In this document: positions 19,828-30,375 of the stretch, piece after piece | How the letters are laid out: each line of letters opens with the position of its first letter | Position numbering within the stretch: the first letter of the stretch is position 1 | Assembly (NCBI GenBank): GCA_048940925.1 | Contig: JBHLOC010000006.1 | Coordinates: 62,152 to 126,151, forward strand | DNA: 64,000 bases | Source of the DNA: Promethearchaeota archaeon | GTDB lineage: Archaea > Asgardarchaeota > Lokiarchaeia > Sigyniarchaeales > SOKP01 | Direction of reading: 5' to 3' | Program-made: the position numbers and the translations under genes | Notes under the pieces: model-generated | Seen by the model: only the letters and a program-made list of their open reading frames with translations | What the model was told of the DNA's origin: nothing | Databases searched by the model: none

Positions 19828-21021
19828 TTAAAGCTTGTCTGGTGGCAATGGAGGTACAATATTATATTCCCAATCATCAACTAAGGGAGAAGTCCACCAA
19901 TGTTCTGGAATATGATCGTAAACACCATACTTTTTTAAACCATTAATGAAAGCATTAATATTCGACTCAGGTACTCGAATGTGATCTACTTGTGGATAGA
20001 AATATGCACCAAAACCCCCTTCTCGAGTTCCTAAATTACGAATCATATGCCAAACTTCTCTTTCACATTCTTGTGGTGTATCCTGGGTATAAATCGATTG
20101 AATATTTAAGCAAGCCCATATCATAATTTTTCCTCTGAATTGATTTAATGCAGGGTAACCTGTCATTCGGGGACTATCCAGTTCAAGAGCATCTAAATCC
20201 CATTCAAGTAACAAGGGAATTATTGAATCAATTTTTCCACAACAATGTAAATGAAATTCACACCCAAGTTCATGCGCGGTTTCAATTATAGGTCTATATA
20301 CCGGTTCATAGAATTCTTTAAATAACTTTGGACTTAAAAAAGGTCCTTTTTGTTCACCTAAGTCATCATAAATCACAAATCCATGGGGCTTGGCTCCATA
20401 TTTTACCCACATTTTTTCATAATTTACATAAATATTTGTAAGATGTTTTAAAAGTTTCCTGAGTTCATTTTTATTTTTATAATGATCTAATAAAAACCTA
20501 TTAAAACCGCGCATTTGACTAGCAATTTGAAATGGTCCAAGATTAAGCGTACACATACGATATTTTTCTCTTGCTTTTGTTTTACTTCTGTCTATACTAA
20601 AAGAATAACGGCTTTTTTCATCAAAATTTGGAGTATATTTTTCAAAATATTCATCAAATGTATTATAATCTGTAAGTGATGGTCTCCCTGGGTGTCCCAT
20701 TGTATTAATACCCTTCCTAATCCAGATAGTTCCAAATTCATCAATTTCTTCTCTTGGTAAGTTTTGCCAATTTTTATATTTAGGATCATTAGCCCATTCG
20801 GGTTTATCCCATTTCCATAACCCATATCTTATAAAATATTCAGTTCCATAAGGAAATAAGCCAATCTCATTCTCATCATGCCCAGGTCTCCAATTTTTAG
20901 ATGGTGATGAGGTAAGAACATAGATATCACTTCCACTACCAAATCTCCATATTGGAACCTTATCTGGACCTCTGAAATTTATGGCAGATCTAACTCGTTC
21001 AATTGAATTTACAGCATTCAC
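19828..21021 (-). CDS. Uroporphyrinogen decarboxylase / MtaA-CmuA family protein
   Basis: ERVRSAINF...PDKVP, DEFG, DDLG...SPKLFKEFYEP, HCCG. Confidence 0.8.
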   Translation of the reverse strand: MNAVNSIERVRSAINFRGPDKVPIWRFGSGSDIYVLTSSPSKNWRPGHDENEIGLFPYGTEYFIRYGLWKWDKPEWANDPKYKNWQNLPREEIDEFGTIWIRKGINTMGHPGRPSLTDYNTFDEYFEKYTPNFDEKSRYSFSIDRSKTKAREKYRMCTLNLGPFQIASQMRGFNRFLLDHYKNKNELRKLLKHLTNIYVNYEKMWVKYGAKPHGFVIYDDLGEQKGPFLSPKLFKEFYEPVYRPIIETAHELGCEFHLHCCGKIDSIIPLLLEWDLDALELDSPRMTGYPALNQFRGKIMIWACLNIQSIYTQDTPQECEREVWHMIRNLGTREGGFGAYFYPQVDHIRVPESNINAFINGLKKYGVYDHIPEHWWTSPLVDDWEYNIVPPLPPDKL

Positions 21022-21158
21022 CCTTTTTTTAGAATAAAATATATTTATTGAACATACAAATATGACTATTAAAACTAAAAAATGATTGTTATTTTATAAA
21101 CAAAATACTGATCCTAAATTTAATATTAAAAAAAAAGAAAATTAATAAAAGAAATAAC

Positions 21159-21584
21159 CTATTCGAAGAATTCTTCACCTAATTCCATAGCAAGCCCTAG
21201 TGTTTCTCCATATGCTATTGCATCCTGAAGATTTCCTTCTATTACGAGATCTCCTGACATATATGCACTAGTAGAGTCAATCTCACCTGCACTCAATCCA
21301 GTCCAAGTTGCTTGAGCTGCTTTCATAGTAACGGTTGCCTCATCATTCGTACCTTCCCCATAATCAACAGTTCCTTCACCGAAACTTACCCAGTATTTAA
21401 AATCAACATCAGTAACTTCCATCTGGGCAATAATTTTATCCATATCTTCTAATTCTTCTTTTAATTCTTCATTTTCCTCTGCTAGTTGTTTAACAAATTC
21501 AAACATTTTAAGTGCATCAGAAGGTTGGCTTGGACCTTTGCTTCTCATTTCTTTTAGTTTATTTACTAAATTTTCGTCAACCAT
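21159..21584 (-). CDS. SCP2 sterol/lipid-binding domain protein
   Basis: GEIDSTSAYMSGDLVIEGNL; likely start ATG 21584. Confidence 0.85.
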   Translation of the reverse strand: MVDENLVNKLKEMRSKGPSQPSDALKMFEFVKQLAEENEELKEELEDMDKIIAQMEVTDVDFKYWVSFGEGTVDYGEGTNDEATVTMKAAQATWTGLSAGEIDSTSAYMSGDLVIEGNLQDAIAYGETLGLAMELGEEFFE

Positions 21585-21811
21585 TTTTATATTCAACTCA
21601 ATATCTTTTTTTAAAAATAATATTAAGGTTATGGTTTGAAATGACATTTTATTTTAAAATTTTATTTTTTGATGATTATAGAGAAATGGAATAATGAGAA
21701 TGGTAACTCGAGATTTTTGTCGGAATTTTGTAGAATATAGTAAATTTACAAGATTGATCAATTTGAATAGAAATAAAAAGAATATAATTTTATTTCTGTA
21801 TAAAGCTATGA

Positions 21812-23017
21812 TTATAAACAACAATTTTTATACTTTTTTCCGCTTCCACAAGGACATGGTAAATTTCTGCCGATTTTTTTTGTTTTTATTTGAATTGATT
21901 CATCAACTTTTTTACTATCTCTTAGCTGTTCCGCTAGTACCTTAAAGTAGGGTAACGAATAAGTATAAAACTTTTTCCATCCTTTACACAAAACACTTAA
22001 TTTATTAAAAGAATTAGTATTACCAATACGGAATTTTTGACAATCTCCATTGCAGAGATATATGTAGGAACATGTATAGCAGTTTTTATTGTATAAAGAC
22101 TTTTGCATTCCAAATTTATGATATATGGGAGATTTTAAAAAATCCTCCCATTCACTGGTCATAATATTTCCTAATAATAGATCTTTCTGGACAAAAAAAT
22201 CACAGGGATAAATATTACCATCATATTCAACTACAAAATATTGACGACAATCATTTCCCATATAGCATACAGAATATTGTCTATTTAGTAAGAAATTTAG
22301 TATTGAATCAAATAATCGGATTGACACCCGATTAATATCTCCTTTTATCCACTCGTCAAATAAATCGCACAAGAAATTACCCCATTCTTTTCCTGTTATT
22401 GAGAAAGGTTTTGGATTATAATTTTCATCAAATTCTATACACGGAATATATTGGTGATAATCAAAATTGTTGTTTTTTAAATATTGATAAATTTCTCTGC
22501 CTTTTTTTACAGTTTCATTATTTATTAACGTTAAAATATTAAATTCAACGTTGTAGTTTTTTAATCGTTCAATACCACGCATAACAAGCGAGTGGGAAGA
22601 CTTTTGATTTATTGTTTTTCGATAATAATTATGAAGGTGTGCAGGTCCATCAAGGCTTACTCCAATAAGAAAGTTATAATCGGCAAAAAACTCCGCCATC
22701 TCATCGGTAATAAGAGTCCCATTTGTTTGAAGTCCATTACTTATTGTTGCACCAGAAGGGGCATATCGCTTTTGCAATTTTATAACATTTTTAAAAAATT
22801 CTAAACCCATTAAAGTAGGTTCTCCACCTTGCCATCCGAAAATATAATTATTATTCTGATTTGTCTTCATATATTTAGCAATTATTTTTTCCAAGACGTC
22901 ATCAGACATTCGAGGTTTATTTTCTGCACTATTTAGGTGATCTATATAAAAACAGTATTCACACCTTAGATTACAATCAGCTGAAACAGGTTTTATCAGT
23001 AAGGAAAATGGTTCCAT
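21812..23017 (-). CDS. Anaerobic sulfatase maturase family radical SAM/SPASM protein with SEC-C tail
   Basis: IKPVSADCNLRCEYCFY, WQGGEPT, YPCDF, CPCGSGKKYKNCC. Confidence 0.9.
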   Translation of the reverse strand: MEPFSLLIKPVSADCNLRCEYCFYIDHLNSAENKPRMSDDVLEKIIAKYMKTNQNNNYIFGWQGGEPTLMGLEFFKNVIKLQKRYAPSGATISNGLQTNGTLITDEMAEFFADYNFLIGVSLDGPAHLHNYYRKTINQKSSHSLVMRGIERLKNYNVEFNILTLINNETVKKGREIYQYLKNNNFDYHQYIPCIEFDENYNPKPFSITGKEWGNFLCDLFDEWIKGDINRVSIRLFDSILNFLLNRQYSVCYMGNDCRQYFVVEYDGNIYPCDFFVQKDLLLGNIMTSEWEDFLKSPIYHKFGMQKSLYNKNCYTCSYIYLCNGDCQKFRIGNTNSFNKLSVLCKGWKKFYTYSLPYFKVLAEQLRDSKKVDESIQIKTKKIGRNLPCPCGSGKKYKNCCL

Positions 23018-23232
23018 ATTAAATTTTACTTTAACTCACAAGTCTTTTATCTATTTATATTTAAGAACCAACTTCTTAAATAATGCTCTTGATAAAAAGT
23101 TTATCCTTAAGTTATTATACTTTCATTTAAAATACTTATTTATTGTGCATTTATTTACATCCTAATTACACTTATATAAAGATTTATAATCTTGAGCAAA
23201 TTTAATACATTTAATATCTATTATTCGGTAAT

Positions 23233-24507
23233 TTGACAAGCATGTTACGAGTTGGATTAATTGGTTGTGGTGATATTGCATACTTAAATCTATTAGGATA
23301 CCTTCATTCGCAGGATACAGAACTAGTTGCTGTTTCTGATATAGATATTAAAAAAGCTAGTAACAAATTAGAACAATGGGCTTTGAGAACTTTAAAAGTT
23401 TATCCAGATTATCGGAAAATGATTGATAGGGAAGATTTAGATATAGTTGAAATTTTAACTCCACATCATCTTCATGGACCAATGACGGTATATTGTGCTA
23501 AAGCTGGAGTCTCAGGAATTTCAGTTCAAAAACCAATGGCTCATACCATAACAGATTGTGAAAAAATGATTAAAGTTTGTGAAGATGAAAATGTTAAACT
23601 AAAACTATTTGAGAATTTTCGCTTTTATCCAATATACCTTAAAGCAAAAGAATTATTGGATAAAGGGATTATTGGAGAATTATTAAATTTTAGAATTAAT
23701 ACGATACATGCTGGAGGGCCTAGTATGTTAAGAGATCCTAAATCAACGGGATGGCGTCAAAATTTTGATATATGTGGAGGAGGTCCATGGGTTTATGATG
23801 ATGGTATTCATAAATTTTCAATGGCTCTCTGGCTAATGGGTCAAAAACGAGTTGAAAAAGTATATAGTTGGATTGATTATTTCTCAGTTGCTTTTGATGG
23901 ACCAAGTTATATATTGTGGAAATATTCCCGCAAATATCCTGATGATCCTCCAAAATATGGTATTATGGAAATTACATTAGCTCCAAATCTCTATTACCCA
24001 AGCAACTACTATAAATGCGATGAATTTATTGAAATATCTGGCAAAAAAGGATCAATGTGGATAAATCAATGTACCTGTGGTGGTAATTTTGTATCAAAAA
24101 GTTCTCAGTTTCCTCCAATTGTAGTATATTCTGAAGGAGAAGTACACATTTATGGTAAAAATCTACCAAGAGATTGGAGATATTCTTTTATAAAGTCAAC
24201 AGAACATTTCATAGAAGTTATGAAAAAAGGAGGAGAACCAGTTTATACAGGAGAACAAGGAAAAAATCTATCTATATTTGCTAAAATGGCACATATCTCA
24301 GATCAGCAAAAGAGAACTGTTTTTTGGGAAGAAATCACTCCTGAAAGTGAAAAAAATCGATCTTGTTTCGTTGAAGCTCCTAAAGATGTCAATACTGCGG
24401 GATTACATAGATTTTTGTCAAGAAAAAGAGGGGATTTAAGAAAAGGTATCAAACAAGGTTTGATTCACAAAGAATTGAAATACGATAAAGATTTATTATT
24501 AGATTAG
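23233..24507 (+). CDS. Gfo/Idh/MocA oxidoreductase
   Basis: VGLIGCG, TPHHLH, QKPMA, DDGIH. Confidence 0.88.
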   Translation: MTSMLRVGLIGCGDIAYLNLLGYLHSQDTELVAVSDIDIKKASNKLEQWALRTLKVYPDYRKMIDREDLDIVEILTPHHLHGPMTVYCAKAGVSGISVQKPMAHTITDCEKMIKVCEDENVKLKLFENFRFYPIYLKAKELLDKGIIGELLNFRINTIHAGGPSMLRDPKSTGWRQNFDICGGGPWVYDDGIHKFSMALWLMGQKRVEKVYSWIDYFSVAFDGPSYILWKYSRKYPDDPPKYGIMEITLAPNLYYPSNYYKCDEFIEISGKKGSMWINQCTCGGNFVSKSSQFPPIVVYSEGEVHIYGKNLPRDWRYSFIKSTEHFIEVMKKGGEPVYTGEQGKNLSIFAKMAHISDQQKRTVFWEEITPESEKNRSCFVEAPKDVNTAGLHRFLSRKRGDLRKGIKQGLIHKELKYDKDLLLD

Positions 24508-25613
24508 TTTATTTCGTCAAGAAATATATCTCTTTTTTCTTCAACAGATTTGATAGCAGCTAAATCAAATTTTAGTATATATCTTGCCTGATCCCCTGAA
24601 AGTAAAGGTTCATTATTATGTTTTATCGCATCTACAAAATGATTTGTTGCGTTAATAAAGCTATATTTCCAGTCTTTTTCAAAATCTGTATATGTTTCTA
24701 CTTTACCATCTCTTATAATAACTATAGGTGAGAAAATTTCTGAAGCGGATACTTTATTTCCTATAGATGTCGCTTGGTTTATCTTAATTATACCCCGACT
24801 AGCTATAATCTCTATAAATTCGTCTACAGGATAATATTTTGAATCTGAAAAATTCATTTCTGGCATTAATGCAAATTCCATATTTCCATATTGAGGAACC
24901 ACATGTTCCCTATTCTGTTTATATTTAAACATTACATAAGCTGGAGCGTCTAATCCTTGATAATTATCTGTCCATGCGAATACTTTTTCAATTTCTTCTT
25001 TAAAAAACCACCAAGCCAAAGAAAAAGCATGCCACCCATTATCTAATAGTACAGGGGATCCTTTTTTTGCACCTCCTATTTTTTTTGGATCTTTTCTCCA
25101 TTCTTTAGCACTTTGTGGAATTTCCCAACCACCTTTAGCCCCCATAGCAGTTTTAATTCGAATTGAAGATGGATCCCCGATATAATCTTTATCAAGTAAC
25201 TCTTTAGCTTTCATTATGTGAGGGGCAAAAATAAAATTCTCATAAATTGAAAGAATTGAACCTGAATTTTTACAAGTATGTATCATATCATCTGCTTCTT
25301 TTAATGTTAACGCCATTGGTTTTTGAACTGAAATTCCCTTTATTCCTTTTCGGGCAGCATAAATAGTCGCATCAGCATGAAGATGATGAGGAAGAAGTAT
25401 TTCCACAATATCCAATTCTTCCTTATCTATCATTTCCTTATAGTCGGAATAAATGGGGATCTTTTTGTTTAAGTTAAAAGTTTTAACTTTTTGTTTTGCT
25501 TTTTCAATAGTTCTATTGCATAAGCACGTGATTTCTACATCATTTCGTCTTAAATATCCTAATATATTAAGATCAAAGATTACTCCAGTACCAATGATCC
25601 CTACTTTTAACAT
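24504..25613 (-). CDS. Gfo/Idh/MocA oxidoreductase (paralog, convergent)
   Basis: VGIIGTG, LPHHLH, QKPMA, DNGWH. Confidence 0.88.
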   Translation of the reverse strand: MLKVGIIGTGVIFDLNILGYLRRNDVEITCLCNRTIEKAKQKVKTFNLNKKIPIYSDYKEMIDKEELDIVEILLPHHLHADATIYAARKGIKGISVQKPMALTLKEADDMIHTCKNSGSILSIYENFIFAPHIMKAKELLDKDYIGDPSSIRIKTAMGAKGGWEIPQSAKEWRKDPKKIGGAKKGSPVLLDNGWHAFSLAWWFFKEEIEKVFAWTDNYQGLDAPAYVMFKYKQNREHVVPQYGNMEFALMPEMNFSDSKYYPVDEFIEIIASRGIIKINQATSIGNKVSASEIFSPIVIIRDGKVETYTDFEKDWKYSFINATNHFVDAIKHNNEPLLSGDQARYILKFDLAAIKSVEEKRDIFLDEIN

Positions 25614-25702
25614 AAACTATTCAAACATGAAATCATTATTAATCTTATCTAATATCCTTTGGTAAAAATAGTTATCTAAAAAGGGATAAAAGGTAATAAC
25701 CA

Positions 25703-26608
25703 TTGATTGATGAATTATATAAACAAATTACATCTTTTTTTGAAACCAGCAAACTTAATCGTCTTCACGAAAATTATGGTGGAGGAAAAATCTTTTCCAA
25801 TCCTAAAATTGGGATTGCTAGTGGTGACGATCCAATTTTTCAAAAGTTAAAAAAAGTTGTTGGTCCAGAACATCTAACGCCTTTAGAATTATGGTTAACA
25901 GAAGGTCAGGATAAATTAAAAGCTTCAGATTTACGTGTTATTTCAATTGTGTTCCCTTATGTTGATAAAATTCGAAAAGAGAGTGAGAATGTTAAAAAAC
26001 GATTACGGATAACATTACCAGCAGAAATATATTCTGTGGGAAGGAATTATGCTAATGCTTTTAAGAAGGATACATGTAGAGAAATTATTGATTTTTTTAA
26101 GAAAAGAAATTGTAAGGCTGTAGCTGGAATGTTAAGCGATTCATTTAATTTAATTGTAAAGGGAGGATTTCGCTCAAATTGGTCAGAGCGTCATATAGCA
26201 TTTGCAGCTGGCTTAGGAACATTTAGTTTACATGAGGGTTTAATAACAGAGGTTGGGTGTAATATTAGATTAGCATCTGTTGTAACTAATGCACCTCTCA
26301 AAGTTACTCCAAGAAATAGTGATAACCCATATGATAATTGTTTATATTATTCAAAGGGTACATGTAGAAAATGTGAAGAAAAATGTCCAGGGAATGCCAT
26401 TGATAAAGATGGTCATAATAAAGTTAAATGTTATGAATATGGTCGAAAAGTAGCAAGAAAAGTAGTTGCTAGAATAGGTAAAATTTTAAAACCTCATATT
26501 CGTCAGATTGATGGTAAATTAAGACCATCTACTTTTCCTGTTGGTTGCGCATTTTGTCAATTTGGAGTACCTTGCATGGAGAGAAACCCAATGGCAAATT
26601 ATGAGTAA
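25703..26608 (+). CDS. QueG/reductive-dehalogenase-like 4Fe-4S (corrinoid) protein
   Basis: WSERHIAFAAGLG, RLASVVT, CRKCEEKCP, CAFCQFGVPC. Confidence 0.8.
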   Translation: MIDELYKQITSFFETSKLNRLHENYGGGKIFSNPKIGIASGDDPIFQKLKKVVGPEHLTPLELWLTEGQDKLKASDLRVISIVFPYVDKIRKESENVKKRLRITLPAEIYSVGRNYANAFKKDTCREIIDFFKKRNCKAVAGMLSDSFNLIVKGGFRSNWSERHIAFAAGLGTFSLHEGLITEVGCNIRLASVVTNAPLKVTPRNSDNPYDNCLYYSKGTCRKCEEKCPGNAIDKDGHNKVKCYEYGRKVARKVVARIGKILKPHIRQIDGKLRPSTFPVGCAFCQFGVPCMERNPMANYE

Positions 26609-26634
26609 CCTTTTCAAACAAGAACTAAATTTGA

Positions 26635-27402
26635 TTGATCATGTTGAACTATGCTATTGTGAGAAAACCTGCTAAAAATTTTCAAGATGGCATAACTTCT
26701 TCTAATCTAGGGAAACCAGATTACGAAAAAACTAAGTTTCAACACTCACTCTATATTGAAGCATTGAAAAAATGTAACCTAAAAATTATTAAATTAAAGG
26801 CTGATGAAAGGTTTCCAGACTCCACATTTATAGAAGATACAGCAGTGGTAAATAAAGATATAGCGATAATTACTAATTTAGGTGTAACTAGTCGAAAAGG
26901 TGAGGAAGTAGAAATTAGCACTGTTTTAAAGAGTTTTTATGATAACATAGAAACAATCAAAAGTCCTGGAACTCTAGAAGGAGGAGACATCCTAAGAGTA
27001 GAGAACCAGTATTTTATTGGACTTTCTAAGCGAACAAATAAGGAAGGAGCAAGACAAATAATAAAAATCTTAAAGAAATATGATTATTCATGCAAAATTA
27101 TACCATTAGTTAACGTCCTTCATCTTAAAACAGGAATATCTTACATTGGTAATGATAATATGGTAGTATCCGGCGAATTTATTGTTAATCCTATCTTCAA
27201 AAGGTATAATTTAATTCAAGTCCCTAAAGATGAGAGTTATGCTGCCAATTGTATTAAAATAAATAATTTTGTGCTAATACCTAAGGGATTTAAAAAGCTT
27301 AATATGTCAGTAATAAATTTGGGTTATAAAACTATTGAAATTGAAATGTCAGAATTTAGAAAAATGGATGGAGGTCTTTCTTGTTTATCTATAAGATTCT
27401 AA
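26635..27402 (+). CDS. Dimethylarginine dimethylaminohydrolase (amidinotransferase family)
   Basis: PDSTFIED, LEGGD, HLKT, DGGLSCLS. Confidence 0.9.
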   Translation: MIMLNYAIVRKPAKNFQDGITSSNLGKPDYEKTKFQHSLYIEALKKCNLKIIKLKADERFPDSTFIEDTAVVNKDIAIITNLGVTSRKGEEVEISTVLKSFYDNIETIKSPGTLEGGDILRVENQYFIGLSKRTNKEGARQIIKILKKYDYSCKIIPLVNVLHLKTGISYIGNDNMVVSGEFIVNPIFKRYNLIQVPKDESYAANCIKINNFVLIPKGFKKLNMSVINLGYKTIEIEMSEFRKMDGGLSCLSIRF

Positions 27403-27484
27403 TATTTCAGAATTTATGATAGATCTCTAAATTGCCTATTAAGTAATTAATTTTATATTATCTCTATTGGTAGAATAATTAACT

Positions 27485-29152
27485 ATGTCATATCAGAATG
27501 AAGAATTGGATCCAAGTAAAGCATATGAAAGAGCTTTATATCGGGCTTGTGGATTTTCAAATGAAGATTTACGAAAACCTAAAATTGCTATAGTAAATTC
27601 GTGGAATGAAATCAATCCTGGGCATATTCATTTACAAAAATTAGCTAATATCGTTAAAGCAGAAATTAGAAAGATAGGAGGAACTCCTATGGAATTTAAC
27701 AGCATTGCAATTTGCGATGGAATTGCTAATTCGGGAGATTTCTCCAATTATGTGTTACCTTCTCGAGAAATTATTGCTGCTTCTGTTGAATGCATGATAA
27801 AACCATATGCTTTTAATGGAATGGTGATGTTATGTTCATGTGATAAAATTATACCCGGAATGCTTTTAGCTGCTGCTAGATGTAATATCCCTACAATTTT
27901 CTTAACTGGAGGTATTATGCTCCCCAAAATTTTTCAAAGTGGACCACTTAAAGGAAAAACATTTGTAACTTCAGATATTAAGGAAGCAATTGGGAAGTAT
28001 AATGCAGGTATAATATCAAAAGAAGAATTTTTTCTTATCGAATCTGAAACATGTTGTTCTCCAGGTGCTTGTAATATGATGGGTACAGCAAATACTATGG
28101 CATGTATTGTTGAAGCAATGGGACTTTCTTTACCAGATTGTGCAACAATGAGTGCTGTAAGTAAAGAGAGAGAAAAACTATGTATAAAAACTGCAAAAAC
28201 TATAATGAATTTAATCAAAAAGAATATTAGGGCTTTAGATATTATTACCCATGATTCGATCGAAAATGCTATCAAAGTTGCATTATCATTTGGTGGTTCC
28301 AGTAATATGATTCTACATCTATGTGCATTATCACATGAGATTGGAGGTAATTTGAGTCATTTTGATTTCGATAAATTTAGCAAGTTAACTCCTTTATTAG
28401 CAAAGTTCAAACCAGCTTCAGAATATAATCTTTCTGAGTTTCATGAGGCTGGTGGTATTAAAGTTTTAATGAAAAAATTATCAAAATTATTAAATTTATC
28501 CACAAAAACAGTTCTAGGGTTAAGTCTTAAAGAATTTCTTGAAAATATTACTTTTAAAGATTATCAAATTATAAGAAATTTAGAAGATCCGATCTATCGT
28601 GAAGGAGGGATTGCAGTTTTAAAGGGAACTTTAGCACCTGATGGAGCAATTGTCAAGCAAAGTGCTATTGAACCAAAAATGAGACAATTTAGGGGGTATG
28701 CAAAAGTTTTTGATTGTGAGGAAGACTTAAGGGAAGCCTTATTTTCAAAAAAAATAAAGGAAGGAGATGTATTAATTATTCGTTATGAAGGCCCAAAAGG
28801 TTCTCCAGGGATGAAAGAATTATCAATTGCAGCAGCTATTTTAGTGGGAATGGGATTAGATAATTCAGTCGTAATGATAACAGATGGAAGATATTCTGGA
28901 GCTACAAAAGGCCTATGCATTGGACATGTATGTCCTGAGGCTTATGAAGGTGGTCCTATTGCTATTGTTGAAGATGGAGATGAAATAGGAATTGATATTG
29001 AAAATCGCGTATTGAATCTACTAGTTACCCGAGAAGAAATAGAAAAAAGACTGAGTAATTGGAAAAAACCACAACCAAAAATTAAGACAGGATATTTAAA
29101 TCTTTACAAGAAAATTGTAAGCTCTGCAAAAGTAGGTGCTTATTTAAATTAA
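27485..29152 (+). CDS. ilvD: Dihydroxy-acid dehydratase
   Basis: [34 protein letters not shown]. Confidence 0.9.
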   Translation: MSYQNEELDPSKAYERALYRACGFSNEDLRKPKIAIVNSWNEINPGHIHLQKLANIVKAEIRKIGGTPMEFNSIAICDGIANSGDFSNYVLPSREIIAASVECMIKPYAFNGMVMLCSCDKIIPGMLLAAARCNIPTIFLTGGIMLPKIFQSGPLKGKTFVTSDIKEAIGKYNAGIISKEEFFLIESETCCSPGACNMMGTANTMACIVEAMGLSLPDCATMSAVSKEREKLCIKTAKTIMNLIKKNIRALDIITHDSIENAIKVALSFGGSSNMILHLCALSHEIGGNLSHFDFDKFSKLTPLLAKFKPASEYNLSEFHEAGGIKVLMKKLSKLLNLSTKTVLGLSLKEFLENITFKDYQIIRNLEDPIYREGGIAVLKGTLAPDGAIVKQSAIEPKMRQFRGYAKVFDCEEDLREALFSKKIKEGDVLIIRYEGPKGSPGMKELSIAAAILVGMGLDNSVVMITDGRYSGATKGLCIGHVCPEAYEGGPIAIVEDGDEIGIDIENRVLNLLVTREEIEKRLSNWKKPQPKIKTGYLNLYKKIVSSAKVGAYLN

Positions 29153-29172
29153 TTTATGTAAAATTATGTAAT

Positions 29173-30360
29173 ATGATAAATGAAAACCATATTTTAGAAA
29201 ATCTTAAGGAATTTTCTTTTCCTAGATTATCAGGCACATCTTCAGAGAGAAAAAGCTTTGTTCTTGCCAAGAAAAAGATAGAAAGTCTAAATCTTATCCC
29301 AACTGTTCAGGAATTCTCTTTCAGTATATTCTATTCAAGATTTTATCCTAAAATATCCTTAGGTCTATTATTTTGGCTTCATTTTATTTTATTTTTAAAT
29401 ATCCAAATTATTTTTACCTATACAAATATTCTGTTAGTTGTATTCTTACTTACCATTCTAATCATTATTACAAGGAAACCAGAAGAGATTAAAATTGGAA
29501 AGAAATTACACTCTCAAAATATTTTTGTAAAGATTCCTCCAAACACTGAACAGAAAACGATAAAGAATGAAGAAAAAAATAGTAGATTATATTGGAATAA
29601 AGACATCCTTCTTTTTTCGCATTTAGATTCAAAAGGTCAATCATTTTCTGTAAAATTACGTATATTGCTATATTATTTATGGATTTTTAGTTTCATTATT
29701 GGATTATTAATTAATATCACGAATTCATATTATATACATCATTCAATTATTTTTCTTCAGATCTTTGGTATTTTGGTTTTAATAATTAACGGACTGAGCA
29801 CAATATTTATCAATATAAATAGAACGAATAATAATTCAAAAGGAGCGATAGATAATGCATCTGGAATCTCAATTGTTATGGAATTGCTAAATTTTTATTC
29901 AAGTTCAAAAAACCGATTAAAAAATATTAATTTATGGTTTGTATTTACAGGAGCAGAAGAATCTGGAACCATGGGAATTAGGAATTTCTATAAAAAAATT
30001 AAGCATTTTGATAGAAACAGAACCTTTATCATCAATTTTGATTCAATTGCGAGAAAGGTTATTTTATATAATCATGGTCTCATTAATAATAAAAATTTTA
30101 AATCTAACAATTTTATTTTAGAGAATAAGGATATAATGAACTTAGAAAAAGCAAAGAGAATTTATATTGGTACATATAGTGATGGATTATTCCTTTTGAG
30201 TAAGAAATTTAAAGGACTTGGCAATGGAGATAAAACATCATATAATTCTATCCATTCCATTTATGATGATATTGATAAAATTGATCCATTAGTTATAAAG
30301 AAGCTTTGTCAATTTTATACCATTTTATTAGATGAAATTGATTCCTCAATAAAATATTAA
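29173..30360 (+). CDS. Membrane-embedded M28 metallopeptidase
   Basis: SHLDSK, GAIDNASG, GAEESG, about four TMs. Confidence 0.8.
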   Translation: MINENHILENLKEFSFPRLSGTSSERKSFVLAKKKIESLNLIPTVQEFSFSIFYSRFYPKISLGLLFWLHFILFLNIQIIFTYTNILLVVFLLTILIIITRKPEEIKIGKKLHSQNIFVKIPPNTEQKTIKNEEKNSRLYWNKDILLFSHLDSKGQSFSVKLRILLYYLWIFSFIIGLLINITNSYYIHHSIIFLQIFGILVLIINGLSTIFININRTNNNSKGAIDNASGISIVMELLNFYSSSKNRLKNINLWFVFTGAEESGTMGIRNFYKKIKHFDRNRTFIINFDSIARKVILYNHGLINNKNFKSNNFILENKDIMNLEKAKRIYIGTYSDGLFLLSKKFKGLGNGDKTSYNSIHSIYDDIDKIDPLVIKKLCQFYTILLDEIDSSIKY

Positions 30361-30375
30361 ATTTAAAAGTGTTGA

